Shown piece after piece: positions 28,094 through 40,869 of a stretch of 64,000 nucleotides of DNA. Numbering within the stretch: position 1 is the stretch's first letter; each line of letters begins with the position of its first letter. Both the position numbers and the translations under genes were made by a program. The stretch spans positions 128,774,001 through 128,838,000 of the forward strand of contig OX597817.1 of assembly GCA_951406725.2 (NCBI GenBank). The letters run 5' to 3'. The stretch is from Octopus vulgaris. Its lineage: Eukaryota. The notes under the pieces are model-generated. The model saw nothing but the letters and a program-made list of their open reading frames with translations, had not been told where the DNA came from and made no database searches.

Positions 28094-28721
28094 CATACAT
28101 AAGATAAATGTATATACATACATGTGTATATTTATGTCTATTTGCTCATGTGTTTACACTTGCCTACGAATGTGACAGTGAATATGTTTGCGTATATATG
28201 TGTGTGAGAGAGAGAGAGAGAGAGGAGAGACAGAGGCGGTGTATAAGTGGTAGAGAAGGTGGGTGTGTATAAATGTTTTCCTTTTTGTTGTTTCTCCTTT
28301 AATATATTCGTAAACCAGCCCATCTACATTCTTTCATCACCCGCTCGCTTGCTTCGGTTAAACTAACCCTCACTATGTCACACACCACAGCCACAAAGAA
28401 AATACGGGAGCGGACACGCACACGTATACACATGCATATATTATACACACAAGGCATAAACAGCAGCACATATACCTACACATACTAGCACAAATGTATA
28501 AGTGCACGCAAATACACGCTCCTATCTTCTGTTTTATCTACCCCCACCACCACTCGCTCTATACTTTTCTTTTGCCTTTAGTTTCTTTACCTGTAACCGT
28601 CTCAGTCTAGCTCTACTACTCTCTCCTCTCTATCACTCTTTTCTTCCTTTCTCCCCCTCTGTCTGTATATCTATCTATCTATTTATGTATGTATGTATGT
28701 ACATATGTACGTATGTATGTA

Positions 28722-28820
<99 letters not shown>

Positions 28821-28827
28821 TGCCTGG

Positions 28828-29220
28828 CATGGCTGTGTGGTAAGTAGCTTGCTTACCAACCACATGGTTCCGGGTTCAGTCCCACTGCGTGACAATTCGG
28901 GCAGGTGTTTTCTACTATATAGCCTCGGGCCTACCATAGCCTTGTGAGTGGATTTGGTGGACGGAAACTGAATGAAGCCCGTGGTATATATAAATGTGTT
29001 TGTGCGTGTGTGTGTGTGTGTGTGTTTGTCTCTCCCCCACCCAACATCGCTTGACAACCGATGCTGGTGCGTTTACTTTCTCTAAAATTAACGATTCGGC
29101 AAAAGAGACCGATAGAATAAGTACTAGGCTTACAAAGAATAAGTCCTGGGGTCGATTTGCTCAACTAAAGGCAGTGCTCCAGCATGGCTGCAGTCAAATG
29201 ACTGAAATAAGAAAAGAATA
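28828..29220 (+). mobile_element. SINE family B
   Basis: gctgtgtggtaagtagcttgcttaccaaccacatggttccgggttcagtcccactgcgtg...cagtcaaatgactgaaa. Confidence 0.85.
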
Positions 29221-29232
29221 AAAGAATTATAA

Positions 29233-29284
<52 letters not shown>

Positions 29285-29978
29285 GTGTGTATATATATAT
29301 ATAGAGAGAGAGAGAGAAAGAGAGAGAGACATGTATGTGTGTGTAAGCGTGACTTTACCCCTGTGATTGTTCCCTCCACCACCGCTTAACAACCGATGTT
29401 GGAGTGTTTACGTCCCCGTAACCTAGCTGTTCGCCAATATACACCGATATAATGTACTTGGCTTAAGAAAAGTATAACAGAAACAGTCCTGACTAAACCA
29501 ATTTAAGACGCTGCCCCAGCATGACCTCAGTCAAAATGACTGAAACAAGTATAAGGATAAAAGAAAAATCTGTGTGCTTGCGTGTATGTATCTATATGTG
29601 TGAGTGTGTGTGTATGTATGCGTATGTGCGTGTGTGTGTGTGTGTGTGTGTCGCTTTCTTTCTGTCTTCTTCTGTCCTTCTCTCATATTGCTCGCACGCG
29701 CATGGCAATTGTGTTTCAGTGGCGTCAGTATTATTCCCCCCCCACCACCACCACCACACGTCCTACCGCAATAGTTTGTAGTTGTGAAGGTGTCTAAATT
29801 GTTTGTCTGTCTGTCCGTCTGTCTGTCTCCCATTCTATATGTTTACCTGGCTGGCCAGTTGACTTTCTGGCGGGCGGGCGGGCTGTCTAGTAGCATGTAT
29901 GTACGTAAGTATGCATGTATGTATGTATGTATGTATGCATGTATGTATATATCTATGTATGTGCGTATGTCTGCATGC

Positions 29979-30041
<63 letters not shown>

Positions 30042-30432
30042 TTATGTATTATGTACGCATGCTTGTTTCTATGTAGGTATGTGTGTGTGTAAGATGGTCG
30101 TACGTGTGTCAATATTTTGTTCTCTGTCTCTCTGTCAGTCTGTCCCCCTCACTCTCTCTTTCTCTTTCTCTCTCTCTCTCTCTCTCTCTTCTTCTTCTTC
30201 TTCTTCTCCGTACATATAATTGTGTTCGTGTGTGCGCGCGTGCATGTTTCTCTGGGAAGGGTTATAAATATGCGGACTCGTATGTAAGTATGCATAAATA
30301 CAATGTACGTACGTGTATATGTATATGTATATGTATATATGTATGTTTGTATGTACGTACGTATGTATGTACGCACTTGCTTCTTGCGTATGTAAGTACG
30401 TATGTACGTACGTATGCGTGTATGTCAGCATG

Positions 30433-30480
<48 letters not shown>

Positions 30481-30967
30481 AATATGTATGTATTTACGTA
30501 TGTGCGCGTGTTTGTACATAAGCATATATGTATGTAAGGTTATATGTAGATAAGAGGTGTGCGAGAAACTGGTTAAGCCACGCCCCCGTTTGTCATTGCC
30601 GTTCTACAACTTATGACGCGTGGCCAACTCACGTCTCGCCTGTTTTTCTAGGCTTGGCCGTAGGTACGCAAGGCCAGATAATTCAGTACACTAAATAACA
30701 GGATCGTGCCTATTACATTGTGTACATACATACATACATACATACATACATACATACATACATACATACATACATACATACACACACACATACACACATA
30801 CATACACACACACATACATACATACATACATACATACATACATACATACATACGTACATACCACCCCTGCGAACAAATATATTCACACACACACACACAC
30901 ATACACACACACACACACACATAATATAGATGTTTGTGAGCGTGTCTTATTATTATATTATATATAA

Positions 30968-31180
30968 AGCGGCGAGCTGGCAGAATTGTTAGCACACCGG
31001 GAAAAATGCTTAGCGGCATTTCGTCCGTCCTTACGTTCTGAGTTCAAATTCCGGCTAGGTCGACTTTGCTTTTCATCCTTTCGGGGTCGATACGATAAAT
31101 ACAAGTTATGAACTGGGGTCGATGAAATCGATTTACCTACTCCCGCTAAAGATTCAGGCCTTGTGCCTATAGTATAAAGG
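30968..31180 (+). mobile_element. SINE family A
   Basis: gcggcgagctggcagaattgttagcacaccggg... full head and core. Confidence 0.85.
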
Positions 31181-31264
31181 ATTATTACTTTGTATTAAAA
31201 ATTTAAAAATTTTTAAAAATTTAAAAAAACAATAATACTCAGAAACAAATATGTATGTGGCGCA

Positions 31265-31890
31265 GGATCGGCTGTGTGGTAAGTAGCTTGCTTACCAACC
31301 ACACGATTCCGGGTTCAGTCCCACTGCGTGGCATCTTGAGCAAGTGTCTTCTTCTATAACCTCGGGCCAACCAAAGAAAGCCTTGTGAGTGGACTCGAAA
31401 GACGGAAACTGAAAGAAGACCGTCGCACACACACACACACCATTAGCGATTTTTTTTCCCTCTATCTTCCCTTCTCTAGATCTTTCCTTCTCTAGATCTT
31501 TCCTTCTCCTATGTTTCCGACGAAGAGCTCCGCTCGAAACGTTAAACCCTCCTTCTTTCCTTCTTTCCTGAGCGTCCAATAATACTATATTTGTTCCACG
31601 TCCTCGCGTTGTTGCGTTTTTTGTGCTTTCTTGTTTGGATTAACTATATATATATATATATATATACGACGGGCTTCTTTCAGTTATATATGTGTGTATG
31701 TATATATTTTGTGTCTGTGTTTGTAACCCCAACCACGCTTGACAACCGATGCTGGTGTGTTTATGTCTCCGTAAACTCGCGAGTCCGTTAGAAAAAGTAC
31801 TAAGCTTACAATGAATAAGTCCTGTGTCGATTTGCTCGACTAAATGCGGTGCTCCAGCATGACTGAAGCGAGTAAAAGAATAAAAGAATA
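31265..31890 (+). mobile_element. SINE family B interrupted by an insert of about 200 bp
   Basis: Head at 31265-31425 and tail at about 31690-31890. Confidence 0.8.
31513..31547 (+). ncRNA. Minimal hammerhead-like motif (U4C, extra A) in a fragment nested in a SINE
   Basis: gttt-CCGACGA-a-gagc-tcc-gctc-GAAA-CG-TT-aaac. Confidence 0.5.
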
Positions 31891-33306
31891 TGTATGTATG
31901 TATGTACTTGTAATACTCGTTGAAATTCCACGGTTATTTTGAAATCTAGAAAGTAACTGAATGTTTAGAAAGAGCCACCGAAATACATAATTTCTTTTGA
32001 AATTGTATGTTTTCTGAAACAAATGAATGAAAAGACAGTGTAAAAATTCACATAAGTTCAATTGAAGGTGCAGTCTTAGGATAGAACATCTGTGAAAATT
32101 ATATTCTTTGTTATACACTTACCACTTCTAGCTTGAGAATTGTTACGTATTATTAGTTTTAACTTTACATCAAGCAGTAAACAATCTTAACTATGGAGCA
32201 AACTGAAAGACAATCTATGTATAGACATATCCTGCGGCAGTATGATTGCCCCGGTAAAGCTTTCAAATAATGATATGCTGTATTACATCCTGATCCTCAT
32301 ATCGGGGAACAGTTGACATTACTATGCGTAGTAGTCCAGTGAATGAACTATTGTTTTCTCACTCAGCGAAAACATTTTTTTAAATTCCTATAGCACAGCC
32401 AGAATTTTAGGCGCAGGCATAACTATATGGTTGTGGGGACACATGGCCTTGTGAATAGAGCAGCGGACTCGCGGTCGAGGGTTCGTGGGTTTGAATCTCG
32501 GACTGGGCAGTGTGTGTGTTTATGAGCGAAACACCTAAGCTCCACGCAGCTCCGGCAGAAGGTAATGGCGAAATTCTGCTGACTCTTACGCCACAACTTT
32601 CTCTCACTCTTTCCTCCTGCATCTAGCAGCTCACTTGCAACGGACGGGACGCCAATGAAACCGGGAAACCGGCCCTTATGAGCCAAGCATCCCTCGAGAA
32701 GGAACAAACAACAACGCAACCATATGTTTAAAAATTGTCCTTGGGAAATATGTGGTTCTAATTTCGGCTCCGCTACGTATCATCTCCATGAGCTCTTATC
32801 TTCTAACATAACCTCGAGATTTACAATGACTTGAATGAAAATTATTGGACAGAAGCTAAGAAAGCCTGCCCTATATCTATATGTGTGTGTAGGAGAGACT
32901 GTGTTTATGTTCATGTCGTTAAAATCACGGATGTCGTTAATGTACCTTAACAAATCAGTATTTTTCTTACATGTTTCACTTATTAGATTGTGGCCATGCT
33001 AGGGCGCCTCCTTAAAGGCTTTGGTCCAACAAATCGACGGCATGATTTAATTTCTTAAAGCTTGGTACATATCTTATTGGTCACGTTTGCCAAATTGTTA
33101 TGTTACGAGGACGTAAACAAACCAACACTAGTTTTCAAGCAGTAGAGGACAAACATGAACACAAAGACGCACACGGACACACACGCGTATGTATATATGA
33201 GCACTGGGGTCGATATACTTGATTAAACCATTGCCTCACTATGACCGTGATCCAGTACCCAGTAAAATACTAAATGAATAAAAGAATATGTTATATACCA
33301 TGCTTA

Positions 33307-33988
33307 TCTACTATAATAATACTCTGGTGTTTATGAATGAGAAAGGAAGGGGGTGATGTCATACTTGGTAGTGGGATGATGAAAATTGTACGCTGAAAAA
33401 ATAAATCAAACAGCGTTTCAACTCTGTGTTAATATGTGTGTGTGTGTATGTAAATGGGGTGGTATGTGAATGTGTGTGCGTGTGTGAGTGTGTGTTTGTG
33501 CGTGTGTGCGGGTACGCGTGCAATGGAAGTCGAATGGTTAACATTCAACGCTGAAAAGAAAAATCAAACAGCGTTTCAACTCTGTGTATTTGGTATTTAC
33601 TTACCGGCTCTTGTATTTAGTCACGGCCAGCTTTATGTGGCTTTAAGTCGGACAAGAAGGAAGGAAAACTTTAAAATTGTTTTGAAGGAAGCAAGCATTC
33701 AAAGGAGGTTAGTTGCGGATAAATTTTTCACAAGTTTGGTAATAAAAGAATTATTAAACTAAAAACTTCGTACCTTATCTACTCTAATAATACTCTTAAG
33801 TTTTTCTCTGTCACGACATATGAAAGAGAAAGAAAGGAGTGGTAGATGAATAAAGAATGAAGGAGTGATGGCAAACTTCGTAGTGGGATGATGGAAACTG
33901 TACGATGAAAAAGATAAATCCAACAGCGTTTCAACTCAGTGTGAGTTTATGTGTGTATATAAAAGAGAGGTATGTGAATATTTGTGCG

Positions 33989-34054
<66 letters not shown>

Positions 34055-34374
34055 TGTGAGTGCAATGGAAGTGGGATGGTGAACATTCAACGCTGAAAAG
34101 AAAAGTCAAACTGCGTTTCAACTCTGTGTATTTGGTATTTACTTGCCAGTTCCCGTATTTATTCACGACCAGCTTTTAAGTCGGAAAAAAGGAAGGAAAA
34201 CTTGAAAATTCTTTTCAAGGAAAGAAGCAGTCAAAGGATGTTAGTTTCCGGATAGATTTTTCACAAAAATTTGGCAATAAAAGAATTATTAAACCAAAAT
34301 CTTGGCTTTGTACCTTATTTATATATAAAATACTACAATTAACCGTCATTTTTGACGGCACGGGGCCCATTTAG
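33307..34374 (+). mobile_element. Non-autonomous Helitron, tandem dimer with a Pif1 helicase remnant
   Basis: A|TC 5' ends at 33307 and 33778; GIYLPALVFSHGQLYVALSR; 3' hairpin ccgtca..tgacgg followed by TTAG|T. Confidence 0.75.
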
Positions 34375-34419
34375 TTTAATAATATTTATTTAACAGTCAA
34401 GTGTCATCTAATTTTAGAC

Positions 34420-34800
34420 GATGGCTGCGTAGTAAGACTTTTGCTGTCAAACAATATGCTTACAGGTTCACTCCTATTGTGTCTTATCTTGCACACTATA
34501 GCCTCAGGCCGACCAAAGACTTCTGAGTGGAATTGGTAGACGCAAAGTGAACTAAGTTTACGTCTACACGCGTACATATATGCACTGTCGTATGTGTATG
34601 TGTGTGTCTTTCACCTCCACCTCACAACGTGTGTTAATTTCTTTGCGTTCCTATAACCTTGCGTTTCAATAAAAAAATGTCTAATAAAATAAATAACAGA
34701 CTTTCAAAAATAAGAACTGAGATCGATTTGTTCGACAAACCATTGAAGGAGGCCCCTCAGCATGGCCTCTGTCCAATGACTGAAGCAATTAAAAGATGAA
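34420..34800 (+). mobile_element. SINE family B (degenerate)
   Basis: Diverged family B motifs. Confidence 0.6.
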
Positions 34801-34811
34801 AGAAATATACT

Positions 34812-34870
<59 letters not shown>

Positions 34871-34923
34871 TCTTATATTCTAATATATAACTGCTCTTTT
34901 TGTTTAATTATGTTCTTGAGCAT

Positions 34924-35225
34924 TTCTTAGCTTTATAGACGACTCTTCAGACTCAAAATGGCCGTGAGCATGCGAAATCATTGGTTGCGCTATGACGGGA
35001 CAAACAGTTTCTTACAAAGGCCACCAAGTGGTTTGCATTCGATAGCTGTACTGACAGTACGCGCTTCTACATATTCACGAAAGCCACCATTTCTCGATAT
35101 ACATACATACACACATACATACACACATATATATATATATATATACATATGCTCGCGGCCATTTTGAGTCTGACGAGTCGTCTATAAAGCTAAGCGTTTT
35201 AAGTATGCGAGACAATTGGTCACTA
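34924..35225. mobile_element. Fold-back fragment with a degenerate hammerhead remnant
   Basis: Inverted arms of about 45 bp (34925-34970 and 35149-35193). Remnant agt-CTGACGA...GAGACAATTGGTC-act at 35168-35224. Confidence 0.45.
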
Positions 35226-35244
35226 TGACCAGACATATACTTAA

Positions 35245-35337
<93 letters not shown>

Positions 35338-35957
35338 GTTACTTTCGAGTGCTACTGGTATCATGTAACCCAGTACACATGTTGCATGGTCGGGTCGTTG
35401 GCGACTAAACCGGCAACCCCACCAAGCTTGCTTGATGAGGAGGGGGTGTTTATCGGACATCTGCAGGATGAAAAACAAAACCCGTCAAAGGGCGGAGGAA
35501 CTCTTGAGAGTCAACGGCCATCCAATAAATGTCTTAAGGCTGTATTATGCGCGGGGACATAGAAATAATCGGACTGAATACCCGATCGCGCGGTTAAACC
35601 ATTGGGAGTGAAGGAGTCCTAGTCTTTGTTACGGCATCCTGCTAGGAGAAGGTAATTCAGGTAACTGGGATAACTCAGACATAAAACCTGCGGCTCAGTG
35701 GTTACCGATGATGTTGACTTATTCTTCTTTTCGGATTATGGCTACTGTTGCTTAGTGAGTGGGATTGACTCAGTGCACAGCCTTTCCTCACTTTAAAAAA
35801 AATATTTTTGCACACGCATTGCACGATAACAACATTGATTAAGCTTCGTGCAATGGCCATACTCGATAACGAGGGGGCAGCCACCATATATATATATGTG
35901 TGTATGTATGTATGCATGTATGTATGTATGTATGTATGTATGTGTGTATGTGTGTGA

Positions 35958-36255
35958 AGGCGCATGGCTCAGTGGTTAGAGCGTCGAGCTTACGATCGTG
36001 AGGTTGTGAGATCGAATCCCGGACCGGGCTGCGTGTTGTGTTCTTGAGTAAGACACTTTATTTCCCGTTTCTACAGTTCACCCAGCTGTAGAAATGAGTT
36101 GCGACATCACAGGTACCAAGATAACACTGGTGGCGTGGAGAGGGGGGGGCGGTATGCATGGACGACTGCTGGTCTTCCATAAAACAACCTTGCCCGGACT
36201 TGTGCCTGGGAGGGTAACTTTCTAGGTGCAATCCCATGGTCATTCATGACAGAAG
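35958..36255 (+). mobile_element. SINE family C (tRNA head with CORE/V-like domain); truncated copy at 15918-16030
   Basis: ggcgcatggctcagtggttagagcg (A box), gatcgaatcc (B box), gtgttcttgag.aagacactt. Confidence 0.75.
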
Positions 36256-36266
36256 GGTGTATGTAC

Positions 36267-36327
<61 letters not shown>

Positions 36328-37464
36328 ATACAAAATGGGACAAGAACGCAAAGCATCGGGACAGTTAGGTGATACGAAATGGGACAACAAAACATCCAGA
36401 TAGAAGATAGAAACAAAGCAAGGACAGGACATTCGAAGTTTTCTTTCTTCAGTCAAGCACCAGATTATCCTCACAATTTCGGCTGATTATTCTTGAGATT
36501 GCTCCAATCTGGCTAGCCCCAAGGAGACACTAAGCTAAGAGCATTAGATTCCTTGGAAGAAAGCAGCGAATGTATACAAAAACAAGGACGGAAAAAAAGG
36601 ACAATGTTACACATATCGATGTTGCACGGACAACGGTCAGACCAAAAAAAAAAGAACAGGCTTGGCCGATCGGTTCCGTGAGAAGAGAAGAGGTACAATA
36701 TTCTTCCCTGTGTTTGTGAAATCTTAGTATCTTTGCTGTAAGTCGTCATTTCCACACGCGCTAGCTTAATTTAATTTGTCTCTAGTCGAAAGACACCAGT
36801 TGTTATGTCTTGTTATTATTTTTATTGTATTATTTTATTGTATTTATATTTGTGTAACATTGTCCGTGTATGAAATACATGCCGAGAAGCATTACGTATA
36901 TATATATATATATGTACGTGGATGCCTATATATGCATTTGTATATATTTTTTTACTTGTAGTTGCTTGTATATGTAATGTATGTAGGCATGTACCAACGT
37001 TTGTACGTTTAGTGCATGTCTATGTAGTTTTTTTTGCTGTGTGTATGTATTACGAAATGTATATGTATTTTTATCATGTTAGTTCTTTGTATATATGTAT
37101 AATTTACACCGACATATGTTTTTTATTAAAATGTATTTTTTACCATTAATAAATTTACCCGGAGTACACAGGTTTTCCTCCTTATACTAGAGATAATATT
37201 TGATTTAAGGTTTTCTTCGATTTTTATAATAATATGATTTTAAATCGTAATTGTCGTTTCATATAACCGGTCATTGAAAAGACCGTTAGTTGGAAGAACC
37301 AATGAAAGAAAACTATTTTCAAATGTGTATCTATCAACGTAATTGTATATTTATGCATATAACCATATTTTATTCCATTCTCAACCAAAACTGTCCGAAG
37401 AACAGGAACGTGAAAGTCTGAGTAACAGTTTTTGTGCTGTCTTTGCAGCTTTATTCTTAAAGTG

Positions 37465-37736
37465 TTGTGTTAAGTAGCTTGTTTACCAACCACATGGTTC
37501 CGGGTTCATTACCACTGCGTGGTACCTTGGGCAAGTGTCTTCCACTATAGCCTCGGGTCGACCAAAACCTTGTGAGTGGATTTGATAGACGGAAACTGAA
37601 AGACGCCCGTCGTATCAGCCGAAATTGCGAGGATGATTCGGTTCTTGACTGAAGATTGAAGGCTTCGAATGTCCCGTCCGTGTATTTTGTATCGTCTTCT
37701 AAATGTTTTACGTTCTTGTCCCAGTTTGTATTTTTC

Positions 37737-37776
<40 letters not shown>

Positions 37777-38040
37777 TGTGTGTGTATGTATGTATGTATG
37801 TATGTATGTATGTATGTATGTATGCATGTGCATATGTTTGTGTCTGTGTTTGTCCCCATAGCATCGCTTCTTGACAACCGATGGTGGTGTGTTTACGTCC
37901 CCGTAATTTAGCGGTTCGGTAAAAGAGCCCGATAGAATAAGTACTAGACTTCCAAAGAATAAGTCCTGTGGTCGATTTGCTCGACTAAAGGCGGTGCTCC
38001 AGCATGGATGCAGTCAAATGACTGAAACAAGTAAAAGAAT
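37465..38040 (+). mobile_element. SINE family B with a nested fragment
   Basis: Head at 37465-37612. The insert 37615-37740 also occurs at about 385-500 and 36330-36485 (-). Confidence 0.8.
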
Positions 38041-38183
38041 ATATATATATATATATATATATAGAAAATAGTAAAAAGTGAAAAAACTACAGAAGGCTTG
38101 TTTTAAAAGATTAAAAAATATATATTTGAGTCATTATGTCTGAAGAATGTTATAAATGTTTTTCATACAATGACATAATTTAG

Positions 38184-38223
38184 AAGAAATGACCGGTTTC
38201 GCGTTCAGCTTTTCAAATTTCTT
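38184..38223 (-). ncRNA. Minimal hammerhead motif with U3:A8 core (duplicate copy)
   Basis: Identical to 38901-38940 and located inside the tandem duplication. Confidence 0.65.
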
Positions 38224-38415
38224 ACATCGTCTTGTTTACGTTGAGAAGTGTGAAGTGGATTTGATAGACGGAAACTGAAAGACGCCCGTCGTATCAGCCG
38301 AAATTGCGAGGATGATTCGGTTCTTGACTGAAGATTGAAGGCTTCGAATGTCCCGTCCGTGTATTTTGTATCGTCTTCTAAATGTTTTACGTTCTTGTCC
38401 CAGTTTGTATTTTTC

Positions 38416-38469
<54 letters not shown>

Positions 38470-38780
38470 ATGTATGTATGTATGTATGTATGTATGTATG
38501 TATGTATGTATGTATGTATGTATGTATGTATGTATGTATGTATGTATGTATGCATGTGCATATGTTTGTGTCTGTGTTTGTCCCCATAGCATCGCTTGAC
38601 AACCGATGGTGGTGTGTTTACGTCCCCGTAATTTAGCGGTTCGGTAAAAGAGCCCGATAGAATAAGTACTAGACTTCCAAAGAATAAGTCCTGTGGTCGA
38701 TTTGCTCGACTAAAGGCGGTGCTCCAGCATGGATGCAGTCAAATGACTGAAACAAGTAAAAGAATATATATATATATATA

Positions 38781-39432
38781 GAAAATAGTAAAAAGTGAAA
38801 AATCTACAGAAGGCTTGTTTTAAAAGATTAAAAAATATATATTTGAGTCATTATGTCTGAAGAATGTTATAAATGTTTTTCATACAATGACATAATTTAG
38901 AAGAAATGACCGGTTTCGCGTTCAGCTTTTCAAATTTCTTACATCGTCTTGTTTACGTTGAGAAGTGTGAAGGAGAGTTCCAGATAAGGGGAAGTAATAA
39001 GTGATTTCTTCCGGTGTAAGGGAGATAATCGCTTAATATTTCTTGCCTTTTTTTTCGAGTGAGTTTCTCTGTATAAGTATGTTGGAATGGTTAAGTTTGG
39101 GCTTGTATTTTTCAATGAAGAATGTTTCCTTGTTTAGTCTAATTTGTGTTGGTGTTCCGATAGCACATTGGTAAAATGGAAAGATTAAAAATTGTGGTAG
39201 TAGTTGCTTTGCGCATTTCTCAATGTGCTCACTAAAGGGTATCATTCTGTATTCTGGGAATGCAATCTGTTGTCGATGCAGTGTGCATCTACGTCTGAGT
39301 GATAGTCCCGTGGACCCCACGTAGTTTTGGTGACAGCCCGAGCATTTTATGACATAAATTATGTTTTCAGAGGCACAAGTAAAATTAGATTTGATCTTGA
39401 ATTTCTGTAGTTTTTTCACTTTTTACTATTTT
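38781..39432 (-). mobile_element. 5'-truncated Penelope-like retroelement with a GIY-YIG endonuclease fragment (ORF 39033-39419)
   Basis: FTCASENIIYVIKCSGCHQNYVGSTGLSLRRRCTLHR...KETFFIEKYKPKLN matches the GIY-YIG (Uri) endonuclease of Penelope-like elements. The ends are about 30-bp inverted copies (gaaaatagtaaaaagtgaaaa..ctacagaa) and the element sits in (TA)n. Confidence 0.85.
38901..38940 (-). ncRNA. Minimal hammerhead motif with U3:A8 core
   Basis: aagaaat-TTGAAAA-gc-tgaac-gc-GAAA-CCGG-TC-atttctt, with a perfect 7-bp stem I. Confidence 0.65.
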
Positions 39433-39473
39433 CTATATATTCAACCACGTGCTTTCACACACCAACTTTCTCA

Positions 39474-39538
<65 letters not shown>

Positions 39539-40164
39539 ATCTGTGCATGAGCTTATTTATATATTAGTTATGTTTCAGTTAGCAACAACAGGTATCATTT
39601 ATTCAAAAAGGACGTAGGCGCAAGCTAAAATGAATTTCTTCAATTTACAAATACGGATACACCCATATATAATATGTGTGTGTCTTTGTAATCTGTTAGC
39701 ATGTGGTATCAAATTTATTTCTAAATGATAGCATATTTGTAATATGGGAGTCAATTGTAAGAGGAGTGTATCTGCCTTAACATGAAAAAGCAAATATGTG
39801 TCGTTAGCAACAACAACAACTACAACAAAAATAGTTATTAATTGCGTTCACAAAAACTGTAAGTGCCCGCACATACTTTTGCATAGACTATAAAAGGTTC
39901 AGCTCATTCGTTACCGGAAAATCAATACTGGACCTATAATAGAGTCGACATTGTCGAATGAAAATATTTCAACACCGTGCTCAAGCATGATCGGTGTCTA
40001 ATTAATGAAACTAATAAAAGAGTATCTATGATATATACATACATATTCATTCACAAGTTGCGGTCGATTAAGTGGCCAATACTCCTTCTAGAGTCTAGAG
40101 GAAGTCTTGTTTATGACCCTTTGTGTTTCAAGATGCTGTACATATGTGTGCGCGAGTGTATATA

Positions 40165-40239
<75 letters not shown>

Positions 40240-40289
40240 TATATATCTATCTATCTGTATATATATATATGTGTGTGTGTGTATGTATG

Positions 40290-40363
<74 letters not shown>

Positions 40364-40495
40364 GTACATTTAAACACATAAGAGGTATCCATCATAGGAT
40401 TCCTTGCACACTAGAGAGGACAGTTAAATTCCAAACCACTATTAGGGATAATTATTTCGAAGGGAATGAAAAATAAAAACATTTACAATCTAACT

Positions 40496-40836
40496 CCTGG
40501 ACCAATGGTTTCAGACTATTTTTTTAGCAAATAAAATAATTTGCTAGGCGAAATCTTCTTCAGAAGGTACACCTTAGATTAAATATATATTCACGAGGTA
40601 ATCCAGTATATGTCCCGTGCTTATACATTCTAATTTTTCAAATCTACCGCTCCTTGTCGGCAGTAGATAAAATTTTATTTACTGCTGTCAAGGAGCTTCG
40701 CTTGCGCGGTAGATTTGAAAAATTAGAATGTATAAGCACGGGACATATACTGGATTACCTCGTGAATATATATTTAATCTAATATGTACCTGCTGAAGAA
40801 GACTTCGCCTAGCAAATTATTTTATTTGCTAAAAAA
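40496..40836. mobile_element. Fold-back Penelope-like fragment with a hammerhead motif (40496-40567, -)
   Basis: Inverted arms of about 130 bp (40519-40650 and 40706-40836). Minus strand reads CTGAAGA-aga...tct-GAAA-CCATTGG-TC-cagg. Confidence 0.6.
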
Positions 40837-40869
40837 AAAAATAGGGAGTACTGGTAGATGTCTCAGGGA

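Larger units (their letters stand above)
37576..38971. repeat. Tandem duplication of about 0.7 kb (37576-38254 and 38255-38971) made of a SINE 3' part plus a Penelope tail
   Basis: gtggatttgatagacgg...ttgagaagtgtgaa is repeated. The copies differ mainly in microsatellite length. Confidence 0.9.

Noticed and set aside
35958-36030. Genuine tRNA genes (also about 15918, 27231 and 41815)
   Set aside because: A/B boxes run into repeated SINE bodies and the acceptor stems are poor, so they were treated as SINE heads.
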